Source of the DNA: an uncultured Bacteroides sp.
GTDB taxonomy: Bacteria > Bacteroidota > Bacteroidia > Bacteroidales > GCA-2748055
Assembly (NCBI GenBank): GCA_964604655.1
Contig: CAZRZY010000004.1
Span: 11,656 to 75,655, forward strand
Direction: 5' to 3'
DNA length: 64,000 bases
Part shown: one piece after another, positions 55,966 to 64,000 of the stretch
Layout of the letters: each line of letters begins with the position of its first letter
Position numbering within the stretch: position 1 is the stretch's first letter
Notes under the pieces: generated by a model
What the model was told of the DNA's origin: nothing
The model's database searches: none
What the model saw: the letters and a program-made list of their open reading frames with translations, nothing else
Position numbers and translations under genes: made by a program

Positions 55966-57258
55966 CTACAGCCCGAAATGTGCGATCTGCTCCCTGTACA
56001 ACCGGAAGATCTTCCGGTTCTCATCAAATTCGATATCGTCAAAAGTCAGCTCCCGGTCTTTCGGAATATCCCTTATTAATTTCACTCCCGATTCCGTCAG
56101 GCCAATGGGGAGCAGGTTTTCCTTTTGCACCACGTCGCTGTTTTCGCACTCCCCGTAAAGAGTGAAAAAGCCCGGGCCATCCAGTTCGCTGCCGGCTTTC
56201 AGATCGGTCTTTGCCCTGGAGATCACCTCCACCACCGGCGCACCCAGGGGTTTCAGGACATGATCGCCGAAATCGACCACCCTGGCAATGGAGGTAGGCA
56301 CCTCAAAAATACAGAGATGGTAGGGCGTATAGAAACTGTATAAAGGTCCTTTTCCCAATTTATAATAGGCCAGATGATGCCTGGACAGTTCATCCTCGAT
56401 GGAACCGTACACAAAGACCGAAGGTCCCGGTTTGGCACCCAGGGCATAATCGATGATACCTCCCTTTTCCCTGAGCATCTCGTAGTCATACATGCCAGTC
56501 ATCTCGTCCACATGACCGTCAAAGGCATATCCGAGCATTCCCCGTTTGGCTACCTTCAGTCCAGTGCAGTTGGCCACACACGCCTGCTCCATATTCATCT
56601 TCGTACCATCGGCAAAACTCGTGGCTTTTTCAGGGCCCATTCCCCAAACCTTCGAAAACTCAGCCTGAGTATCCGGATTCCTGTAGGGATCCTGGAGCCC
56701 TTTCACATTCCCGGCAAGCATGGGGGTGAGTCCCAGCCCCTTGACAAACCGGTAAAGGTTCATGGTCACTCCAGGCTGGTCCCCGTCGCTTCCGCTGTAA
56801 ATCACTCCCGCCTTCTCTGCATAGACCGAAAGGATCGGCCCGAGTGTGGAATCCACCTCAGCATTGAACGTGATGATATCCTTACCATTCCTGAAGGCAC
56901 TGAGCAACAGTTCCACTCCGAATTCCACGTGTCCGGTGATATCCACCACTACATCGATTGCACTGCTTTCGCATAGCAGTTCATGGTTGTCGGTGATGAC
57001 ATACCCCCCGCCCTCCACTGCTCTGTCGAGCTCTTTGACGGAATCCACCAGCCGGAAATCCTCCACGCCGGCGAATTTATAAATGGCTTCTGCTTTGGCC
57101 AGGGTGCGGTTCGAAATGGCGGCAACCCTCATCCCGGGAATATTCCGCTCAATCAGATTCAGGATGGCTTTCGACATCATGCCGGCACCCACGAAGCCCG
57201 CTCTGATCGGATTATTATCTCTTTGTCTTTCGTCCAGTTTATTGTCGACTATGATCAT
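55966..57258 (-). CDS. NAD(P)-dependent oxidoreductase of the COG4091 type (homoserine-dehydrogenase-like Rossmann domain plus a C-terminal SAF-like domain)
   Basis: 430 aa. The N-terminus has IRAGFVGAGMMSK (Rossmann). The overall layout matches what I recall for COG4091 (predicted homoserine dehydrogenase with a SAF domain). The substrate is unknown. Confidence 0.6.
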   Translation of the reverse strand: MIIVDNKLDERQRDNNPIRAGFVGAGMMSKAILNLIERNIPGMRVAAISNRTLAKAEAIYKFAGVEDFRLVDSVKELDRAVEGGGYVITDNHELLCESSAIDVVVDITGHVEFGVELLLSAFRNGKDIITFNAEVDSTLGPILSVYAEKAGVIYSGSDGDQPGVTMNLYRFVKGLGLTPMLAGNVKGLQDPYRNPDTQAEFSKVWGMGPEKATSFADGTKMNMEQACVANCTGLKVAKRGMLGYAFDGHVDEMTGMYDYEMLREKGGIIDYALGAKPGPSVFVYGSIEDELSRHHLAYYKLGKGPLYSFYTPYHLCIFEVPTSIARVVDFGDHVLKPLGAPVVEVISRAKTDLKAGSELDGPGFFTLYGECENSDVVQKENLLPIGLTESGVKLIRDIPKDRELTFDDIEFDENRKIFRLYREQIAHFGL

Positions 57259-57272
57259 GATATGGATCTTTT

Positions 57273-57815
57273 TTAAATATGGAAAGGCGATTCAAAATGT
57301 TCCAGTTCGGGCAATTCGTTATCTTTTTCCGATATGACGGGATCTTCAACAGGCCAGGGAATTCCTGCCGAGTTCCACCTCACTCCTGTATCATGTGCTC
57401 CGGAATAGACCTGAGAGCACATATAAAGCATCAGCGACTCCTCACTCAAAGCGCAGAATCCATGTGCCAGCCCCTCAGGGATAAAGAGCATATTCCCTTC
57501 CTCTTCGGTAAGTTCAAGGTAAAAGTGCTCTCCAAAGGAGGGAGAATCGGTTCTCAGGTCGACCACCGCATCAAAGATGCGTCCCTGAATACAGGTCACC
57601 AGCTTGATGGTGGCCATGGGAGGGAGCTGAAAATGTAATCCCCGCAGCACATGTTTCTTAGAAAGGGAATAATACTCCTCAAGAATCTCAAATCCAAGTC
57701 CTGACTCCCGGAATTCATCCATGTGATAGGGTTTGACAAATCTTCCACGATGATCCCGCAAATCCAAAGGCATGATCTCGTAACAACCATCGATGGGAGT
57801 ATTCTTTATCTTCAT
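57273..57815 (-). CDS. RmlC-like cupin (NDP-4-keto-6-deoxyhexose 3,5-epimerase family), catalytic residues intact
   Basis: 180 aa. D.RG.F.K, RGLHFQ (His61), KLV (Lys71) and LYMC (Tyr131) align position-for-position with rfbC at 8306..8857. Confidence 0.8.
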   Translation of the reverse strand: MKIKNTPIDGCYEIMPLDLRDHRGRFVKPYHMDEFRESGLGFEILEEYYSLSKKHVLRGLHFQLPPMATIKLVTCIQGRIFDAVVDLRTDSPSFGEHFYLELTEEEGNMLFIPEGLAHGFCALSEESLMLYMCSQVYSGAHDTGVRWNSAGIPWPVEDPVISEKDNELPELEHFESPFHI

Positions 57816-57818
57816 CCG

Positions 57819-58364
57819 TTAAAAGGGGTTATCGAATTGCGACACCTGGGCCATATTCCGGTCCTTTTCGGAAACAACGGGGTCGGGGTCGGGCCATTGG
57901 AAAGGGATGGAATCCCACCGGATGCCCCTGTCTTTTTCGGGGGAGAACCTCTTCGAGTTCATGGAGAGAAAAGTGGCCGGACCATCCAGTACATAAAATC
58001 CATGGGCCAGTCCCTCGGGCACATATAACATATTGGCCTTCTCTGCGGTGAGCTCCAGGGAATGGACCTTCCCAAATGTCGGACTCTCTTTTCGAAGGTC
58101 ATAAACCACATCCAGGATCGAGCCCCGTACACAGCTCACCAGTTTTACGTGTCCCATCGGAGGAATCTGGAAATGGAGCCCCCTCAGTACCCGCTCCGGA
58201 GAGACCGAATAGTATTGCTCTTCATAGCGGCTCTCCAGTCCGTGCTCATCATAGGCGTCCCGATGAAACAGCTTCACGAACCTCCCCCTTTGATCTTCAA
58301 AGACCCTCGGTTGGATCTGTACACACCCCTCTATCTCTGTGGAAAGTACCTCGAATGGGTTCAT
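57819..58364 (-). CDS. RmlC-like cupin paralog with the catalytic Tyr replaced by Ser
   Basis: 181 aa. RGLHFQ (His64) and KLV (Lys74) are retained. The position equivalent to the RmlC acid/base Tyr (FYKC in rfbC, LYMC in the neighbour) reads FLSMN, which places Ser134 there. Confidence 0.8.
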   Translation of the reverse strand: MNPFEVLSTEIEGCVQIQPRVFEDQRGRFVKLFHRDAYDEHGLESRYEEQYYSVSPERVLRGLHFQIPPMGHVKLVSCVRGSILDVVYDLRKESPTFGKVHSLELTAEKANMLYVPEGLAHGFYVLDGPATFLSMNSKRFSPEKDRGIRWDSIPFQWPDPDPVVSEKDRNMAQVSQFDNPF

Positions 58365-59674
58365 GAATGGTTGTATTTTCTGAATACCGGCTGTACGGGC
58401 CTGCCTTCCAGATATTTGTCAATCCCTTCAGCCAGTGCCTTTTTATACACCACCATCGCTTCCGTCATCTTCTCCACGGTATACTTGATATCCTTATCGG
58501 AATGTGAATAGGAGACAATGCTGGAGGGCATCAGTAAACCTCTCTTCATGGTCTCCTGGATAAAGAGGGTCCTGAACGGCTGGGAAGGTTTTCCCTCCTG
58601 GTCGCTGGTAGTAAACACCGAGCAACAGTTAGGTCCGATGATCCGTATGTGTTTCTCAAGTCCCAGTTCCCTGGAGGCCTTGTTCACTCCCTCCTTTAGC
58701 TTTCTGCCCTGTTCATCCAGCCTTTCGATCACCTGGTTCTTCTTGAAAAACTGGATATTGGCAATGGTGGCTGCCAGTGCATGGTTCTCCGCCCCGTGAG
58801 TGGTAGAGATGAGAAAGACCCGTTCCTTATCGTGGTGAAGGCCTCCAAGTTCCATGATCTCTCTTTTCCCGGCCAGGGCCGAAATCGCAAATCCGTTTCC
58901 CATGGCTTTTCCAAAGGTGGAAAGGTCGGGAACGATGTCAAATTTTTTCTGAGCTCCTCCCAGATGCCAACGAAATCCAGTAATCATCTCGTCGATGATG
59001 AACAGTGCTCCGTTTTTATGGGCGACCTCCTTCAACTTGTGCAGGAAATTGTCTTCCGGAGGGGCATATTTTTCTGCCTCAAGAACGACGCATGCGATCT
59101 TTCCGGGATAATCGGCAAACATCTTCTCTACGCTGGGGATATCGTTGTAGAAAAACTTCACCGTCATCTTTTTAACAGTTTCCGGGATCCCGGCCGACAT
59201 GGGAGTGGATCCGATAAACCAGTCATCCACCGAAAAGAAGGGGTGATTGGCACATACAGCAATCATATCCCGGCCGGTGTGTGCTCGTGCCAGCTTGACC
59301 GCCCCGTTGATAGCATCCGATCCGTCCTTGGAGAACTTGACCATGTCCGCCCCCTCGATCACACTGAGAAACTCCTCCGCTGCATCAAGTTCGATGCGGG
59401 CAGGCCTTACAAAATTGTTGCCCAGCTTCATCTGCTTCATTGCAGCCTTCATCACAGGCTTGAAGGCATGGCCCAGGGTGACACTCCTGAGTCCCATCCC
59501 GTATTCGATGAACTCGTTCCCATCGATATCCCAAACATGGCACCCCTTCCCCTTCTGAATATAGGGCGGCATGAATTCAGGGTATTGATCGTCGCCTTTG
59601 GCGTAGGTGTGGGCACCTCCGGGGATGATATCGTTGAATTTGTTCTGGATCTGGAGTGATTTGGTGAATTGCAT
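58361..59674 (-). CDS. Class-III (glutamate-1-semialdehyde aminomutase-like) PLP-dependent aminotransferase
   Basis: 437 aa. The motifs are GGAHTY, ..W.D.DGNE(F/Y)I(D/E)Y..G, the class-III layout, and a PLP-lysine region (DLSTFGKAMGNGF). The start overlaps the downstream cupin gene by 4 nt. Confidence 0.8.
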   Translation of the reverse strand: MQFTKSLQIQNKFNDIIPGGAHTYAKGDDQYPEFMPPYIQKGKGCHVWDIDGNEFIEYGMGLRSVTLGHAFKPVMKAAMKQMKLGNNFVRPARIELDAAEEFLSVIEGADMVKFSKDGSDAINGAVKLARAHTGRDMIAVCANHPFFSVDDWFIGSTPMSAGIPETVKKMTVKFFYNDIPSVEKMFADYPGKIACVVLEAEKYAPPEDNFLHKLKEVAHKNGALFIIDEMITGFRWHLGGAQKKFDIVPDLSTFGKAMGNGFAISALAGKREIMELGGLHHDKERVFLISTTHGAENHALAATIANIQFFKKNQVIERLDEQGRKLKEGVNKASRELGLEKHIRIIGPNCCSVFTTSDQEGKPSQPFRTLFIQETMKRGLLMPSSIVSYSHSDKDIKYTVEKMTEAMVVYKKALAEGIDKYLEGRPVQPVFRKYNHS

Positions 59675-59685
59675 AACCTCGTTTT

Positions 59686-60798
59686 TTAGTTCATCAATTT
59701 GAAAGCACTGGAATACTCCCCTATCTGCTGCCTGGTGAATGCAGGAAGCATGGCAGGATCATCCTTGCAGAGTCTGTACCATTCCACCGTCTTACCGATC
59801 GTCTCGGTAAAATCCCAGGCAGGATGCCATCCCAGTAACTGAAAAGCTTTGTCTATGGTCAGATTCAGCAGTGAAGCTTCATGGACCGCATGTTTCTCTT
59901 CAAAGGTCCATTCCCCGGAACCCCATATCCTGATCAACTCTGTAACGAGCGATTCCACAGTCCTGTTCGATCCGATCAGGGGACCGAAATTAAAACCGCT
60001 GCAGTAGGGTTGCATCGTCTCCGGATCATTGCTGCCGAGAAGCTTCACCCCCAGCAGCAGATACCCCCCCAAAGGTTCCAGCACATGTTGCCACGGCCTG
60101 GTGGCCAATGGGTTACGAACCTCGATGGAACGTTCGTTCAGCAGGGCCCGCATACAGTCGGGAACAATCCTGTCCAGTGCCCAGTCGCCACCACCGATCA
60201 CATTCCCTGCCCTTGCAGAGGCCAGCTTCACGCCGTGATACTGAAACCGTTCCGGATGAAAGAAAGAACGCCTCCAGGATGCGGTCATGATCTCACAGGC
60301 GCCTTTGCTGGACGAATAGGGATCGTACCCTCCCATCGGGTCATTCTCCCGGTATCCGTATAACCACTCCTGGTTCTCATAGCTTTTATCGGAGGTGATT
60401 ACGATCAGTGTGGTGGAAAGCCCCAGGATTCGCACAGCCTCCATCAGATGGACGGTACCCATAATATTGGTCTGCACCGTTTCCAAAGGGATCCGGTAAG
60501 ACTCTCTGACCAGTGGCTGGGCTGCCAGGTGGAAGATCACCTCGGGGCGGATCTTTTCCAGGTGCTTCTTCAGCGCTTCATAATCACGGATGTCACAAAT
60601 CCGATGGTCCAGATGTTGCTCCAGGTCTAACTGTTGGAACAACGATATCTCCCCTTCCGGAGGTAAGGCAATACCATATACCTCAGCCCCCAGGTCAAGA
60701 AGCCACTGGCTTAACCACCCGCCTTTGAAACCGGTATGACCGGTCACCAATACTTTTTTATTCCGATAGATCTGAAAAAGGTCCCCGTTCATCACCAA
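59686..60798 (-). CDS. rfbG: CDP-glucose 4,6-dehydratase
   Basis: KKVLVTGHTGFKGGWLSQWL..LGA.V.G is the diagnostic RfbG N-terminus, followed by SYENQEW..GYRE.D..GG.DPYS.SK. 370 aa; the start may be M3. Confidence 0.9.
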   Translation of the reverse strand: MVMNGDLFQIYRNKKVLVTGHTGFKGGWLSQWLLDLGAEVYGIALPPEGEISLFQQLDLEQHLDHRICDIRDYEALKKHLEKIRPEVIFHLAAQPLVRESYRIPLETVQTNIMGTVHLMEAVRILGLSTTLIVITSDKSYENQEWLYGYRENDPMGGYDPYSSSKGACEIMTASWRRSFFHPERFQYHGVKLASARAGNVIGGGDWALDRIVPDCMRALLNERSIEVRNPLATRPWQHVLEPLGGYLLLGVKLLGSNDPETMQPYCSGFNFGPLIGSNRTVESLVTELIRIWGSGEWTFEEKHAVHEASLLNLTIDKAFQLLGWHPAWDFTETIGKTVEWYRLCKDDPAMLPAFTRQQIGEYSSAFKLMN

Positions 60799-60808
60799 CC
60801 CATATCAA

Positions 60809-61591
60809 TCAGGAATCCCAAACTTTCCATGGGGGATTCTCGCTTTGCCACATTTCATCGAGGACGTTCTTATCCCGCAGCGTATCCATCGGCATCCAGA
60901 ACCCCTTGTGCTGATATGCACTGAGGTCATTGTTTTTTGAAAGCATCTCCAGCGGAGCCCGTTCAAAAACCGTGGAATCATCTTCGATGTAATCGAAGAC
61001 CTCAGGTTCAAGCACAAAGTATCCACCATTGATCCAGGCGGAGTCCTGATCCTTGACCTTCTCCCGAAAATGTTCCACACGGGCCTGTTCCTCTCTCAGA
61101 GTAAAGGAACCGAACCGCCCCGGTTCCTGCACTGCCGTCAGGGTCGCAATAGTCCCCTGATCCTTATGGAACTTGATCAGTTCTTCCATATTCACATTGC
61201 TTACTCCGTCCCCGTATGTCATACAGAAGGACTCATTACCAAGATATTCCTTCACCCGCTTCAGCCGTCCGCCGGTCATAGTATTGAGTCCCGTATCGAT
61301 CAGGGTGACCTTCCAAGGCTCCGATTCATCATTATGGATCGACATGGAATTGTATTTCAGATCGAAGGTAACATCAGACACATACAGGAAATAGTTGGCG
61401 AAATACTCTTTTATAATGTGTCCCTTATAGCCCAGACAAACCACAAATTCGTTGATCCCGTAGTGGGAATAGATCTTCATGATATGCCAGAGGATAGGCA
61501 TTCCCCCGATCTCCACCATGGGCTTGGGCCTCACTCCGCTCTCCTCACTGATCCTGGTTCCGAAACCTCCTGCCAGAAGTACTGCTTTCAT
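60809..61591 (-). CDS. rfbF: Glucose-1-phosphate cytidylyltransferase
   Basis: [56 protein letters not shown] and TGGRLKRV are the canonical RfbF motifs. 260 aa. Confidence 0.93.
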   Translation of the reverse strand: MKAVLLAGGFGTRISEESGVRPKPMVEIGGMPILWHIMKIYSHYGINEFVVCLGYKGHIIKEYFANYFLYVSDVTFDLKYNSMSIHNDESEPWKVTLIDTGLNTMTGGRLKRVKEYLGNESFCMTYGDGVSNVNMEELIKFHKDQGTIATLTAVQEPGRFGSFTLREEQARVEHFREKVKDQDSAWINGGYFVLEPEVFDYIEDDSTVFERAPLEMLSKNNDLSAYQHKGFWMPMDTLRDKNVLDEMWQSENPPWKVWDS

Positions 61592-61659
61592 AAAAAAACT
61601 GCTTTTGAATGTTTGCTTCTTTCTACGCGAAGTTTAGGTAAAAGTTCCCACTTTGCGCC

Positions 61660-64000
61660 CTATACCCTGGCTTTAGTTTTTCTGTTTTTATCAACGGGGG
61701 GCAGTTTCCGTTTCAGCAGCTTCGACTCCTTTCTTGTGGTCGTATAATACTTGCCATAGGAACCCTGTTTCGGTATCTCCCCATTGATCAGCACATGGAT
61801 GTTTTCTATCTTTTTAGAAGTAATATCATCGAAACTCGACAGCAACATGCGTTTCTTCACCTGTCCGAGTCGGGTCACATAGACGGTGATATCCGCATAT
61901 TTCATCAGTACGAACGAATCGGTCAGCACGCCATAGGGGGGCGTATCGATGATGATATAGTCATACTTGTTCCGCAGTTCTTCGAATAGCAATGCAGTTT
62001 TCCTGCTGGAAATGAGCTCAATGGGATTGGGAGGCACCTGTCCCGCCAGAATAATATCCAGATTGTCCACATCCGAATTGATGGTGATCTCATCAAGGGA
62101 GGCTTTATTGATCAATAAGGAACTCACACCTACCAGCCCCCTGATCCCAAGCCGATTATAGAGATCACTGGGCCTTCGAAGGTCGAATTCCACCAGGGCG
62201 GTCCGGTTATTGGTGACCGCCAGGCTGCTGGCAATATTGAGTGCCGAAAACGATTTTCCCTCGCCTTCCATGGTGGAGGTCACCAGGATTACCTGATTGG
62301 TTTTCCCCATCAGATAATATATAATGTTGCTCCTGACACTGTGGAACGCTTCGGCAGTAATCGAATTGGGCTGATCCACAATCACATTAATAGAACTTCT
62401 CGGATCCTGCGGAATACTTCCAATCTGTGGCAGACTGGTAAAGGTCTTCAGCTCCTCTTTATCATGTATCCGGTTGCTGAACAACTTTCTGCCAATTATG
62501 AACACTGCCGGGATCACGGTGCCCAGAACTACAGCAACAAATAGCAGAATGAGTGATTTCGGCGAATGGATCCCGGCATATTGGGGAGGCTCCACTATTT
62601 GACTGTCAGGTAGATTAGAAGCCTTGATAATTTGTGCCTGGATCTTCTGTTCCAGAAGCCGCATATAAATATCCTCATTCAGGTTGAATTTCCTTTCAAT
62701 TCCCAACAATCGCCGCTGTGTAAAAGGCAGTCCACGAAATTCGCTGTTCAGTGAACTGATTCGTCCGTTGAGATCTCTCAGTTCCGCTGTTGCTGCATTG
62801 ATGCTGTAATCGAGGTTTTCGGCAATGACGTTCTTGAGGTTCTCGATACTGATCTCAATGGTACGCAGGCGGGGATTCCTGAGCTGATTGTTATTAATAA
62901 TGGTCTGACGTTCCCCGTTCAGGGTGGTCAGTTCCTGAATCAGGTCATTGAGAAGAGGGTCATCCAGTCCCATGGCCGAAGGAGCCAGGAAGCCGCCGGC
63001 CGAATCCTGGTTGGAAAGAAAGTACTGCTCCATCTGCTGAAGATATCCTCTGCGACGCTCAATCTCATCCCGTTGGTTTTCAAGCGTCTGTAGCTGATTA
63101 TATATATTAGCCGCCTTTTCATCGATATTCATTACGGATGAACTGCGGCGGATATTCTGCAACTCCTGCTCGGAGCTGCCAAGCGACTGGGAAATATCCG
63201 ACAACTGAAAATCCAGATGCTCGATGGTTTTGTTGGCCAGATAGTTCTTCCCTTCCAGGCTGCTCTCATTATAGTTCTGGATCAGCAGATCCAGAAAATC
63301 GAGCCCCTTCTGGAGGTTGCTATTGGTCAGTGACAGTTCCAGCATGGTGGCATCCAGTGCCGAAATTTCAACACCCAGAGAACCTTTAAAGCCTCGGGTC
63401 AATGCCTCCGTAGTATTGAACTTAAAAAACAGGTCCTTCCCCTGATATGCCTCTGCCTGGTAGTTGGAATTCAGCAACACCTTGAAGGAGGTAAAAGGAT
63501 CTTCGATCTCTTCACCGAACCGGAATTCCCCGTTGAGCCAGTAGGGAACCTCACCTGCCACCGTCGACTCGTCCCTGTAGTCAATAATGGTTGTTTTCGG
63601 ATTATCAGTGGAGATCTGGAAACGCTCCTCGTCCAGAATCCGGATGTAGAACAGGGTCTCCACCGGCTGGTAGTGATTCTTGTTCATCACGATGATGAAA
63701 GGAGATTCCTTGTAGAGGTCTTTCAGACTGAATGAGAACTCCTTGGGAATTTTATCCTCCTGAAGGTAGTAGGAGACCAGCAGGTCCATATCCTCCACCA
63801 CCGAGCGGACCAGGGGGGTTGACCTTAGGTAAAACATTTCATTCTGCAGGTTCTTGTCCTGTTCGATGAGCTCATACACTTTGAGGAGATCATCGTTTCT
63901 TCCACCATAGGCATTGGACCGTTCTATATTCAGAATAATGGAGGCCTCTACTTTGTAGGTTTTGGCAGCAAACTTGATATATACCAGTGCAGCCCCGCCA
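61660..64000 (-). CDS. wzc: Polysaccharide co-polymerase / tyrosine autokinase (Wzc/GumC-like); 5' end lies beyond the right edge
   Basis: The frame stays open from 63879 to 64000 (...GGAALVYIKFAAKTYKVEASIILNIERSNAYGGRNDDLLKVYELIEQ), so the listed GTG start is an artefact of the window edge. The protein has a periplasmic coiled-coil region and a second TM segment (LILLFVAVVLGTVIPAVFIIG). The C-terminal ATPase has the P-loop STMEGEGKS and the Walker B-like IIIDTPP. A Tyr-containing tail follows (GSYGKYYTT). Confidence 0.88.
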   Translation of the reverse strand, partial: GGAALVYIKFAAKTYKVEASIILNIERSNAYGGRNDDLLKVYELIEQDKNLQNEMFYLRSTPLVRSVVEDMDLLVSYYLQEDKIPKEFSFSLKDLYKESPFIIVMNKNHYQPVETLFYIRILDEERFQISTDNPKTTIIDYRDESTVAGEVPYWLNGEFRFGEEIEDPFTSFKVLLNSNYQAEAYQGKDLFFKFNTTEALTRGFKGSLGVEISALDATMLELSLTNSNLQKGLDFLDLLIQNYNESSLEGKNYLANKTIEHLDFQLSDISQSLGSSEQELQNIRRSSSVMNIDEKAANIYNQLQTLENQRDEIERRRGYLQQMEQYFLSNQDSAGGFLAPSAMGLDDPLLNDLIQELTTLNGERQTIINNNQLRNPRLRTIEISIENLKNVIAENLDYSINAATAELRDLNGRISSLNSEFRGLPFTQRRLLGIERKFNLNEDIYMRLLEQKIQAQIIKASNLPDSQIVEPPQYAGIHSPKSLILLFVAVVLGTVIPAVFIIGRKLFSNRIHDKEELKTFTSLPQIGSIPQDPRSSINVIVDQPNSITAEAFHSVRSNIIYYLMGKTNQVILVTSTMEGEGKSFSALNIASSLAVTNNRTALVEFDLRRPSDLYNRLGIRGLVGVSSLLINKASLDEITINSDVDNLDIILAGQVPPNPIELISSRKTALLFEELRNKYDYIIIDTPPYGVLTDSFVLMKYADITVYVTRLGQVKKRMLLSSFDDITSKKIENIHVLINGEIPKQGSYGKYYTTTRKESKLLKRKLPPVDKNRKTKARV

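Overview
This looks like a Bacteroidota chromosomal segment. The evidence is four proteins with type IX secretion (T9SS) C-terminal sorting tails, a TTG-N19-TAnnTTTG promoter upstream of rpsA, and the overall gene content. The left ~15 kb carries housekeeping genes: rpsA with a repeat-rich N-terminal extension, a phosphohexomutase, yjbQ, a recD-like helicase, a DUF3822 gene and rsmD. It also carries a plus-strand nucleotide-sugar operon (ugd-uxs-rfbA-rfbC-rfbD). From ~15.4 kb to the right edge every CDS I call is on the minus strand and forms one very large Wzx/Wzy/Wzc-type surface-glycan locus. That locus has six glycosyltransferases, Wbp-type diacetamido-uronic acid genes (wbpB/D/E), and a CDP-hexose module (rfbF/rfbG plus atypical tailoring enzymes). 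It also has two membrane acyltransferase systems and an unusual number of Gfo/Idh/MocA oxidoreductases. Four large multidomain secreted proteins (2178, 1174, 793 and 1139 aa) with T9SS tails are interleaved with it. I recognised no rRNA, tRNA, CRISPR array, transposase or integrase. The hypotheses I rate highest are: (1) the locus encodes T9SS cargo together with the Wbp-type glycan such cargo is anchored to; (2) an uncharacterised AT-rich four-gene module (degenerate AsnB-like protein, HGSNAT-type acyltransferase, orphan protein, oxidoreductase); (3) a CDP-sugar module using a class-III aminotransferase and an RmlC paralog that lacks the catalytic Tyr; (4) an MBOAT/AlgX-like O-acetylation pair next to a T9SS-displayed SGNH hydrolase. 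All functional calls rest on motif recognition by eye; no database search was run.
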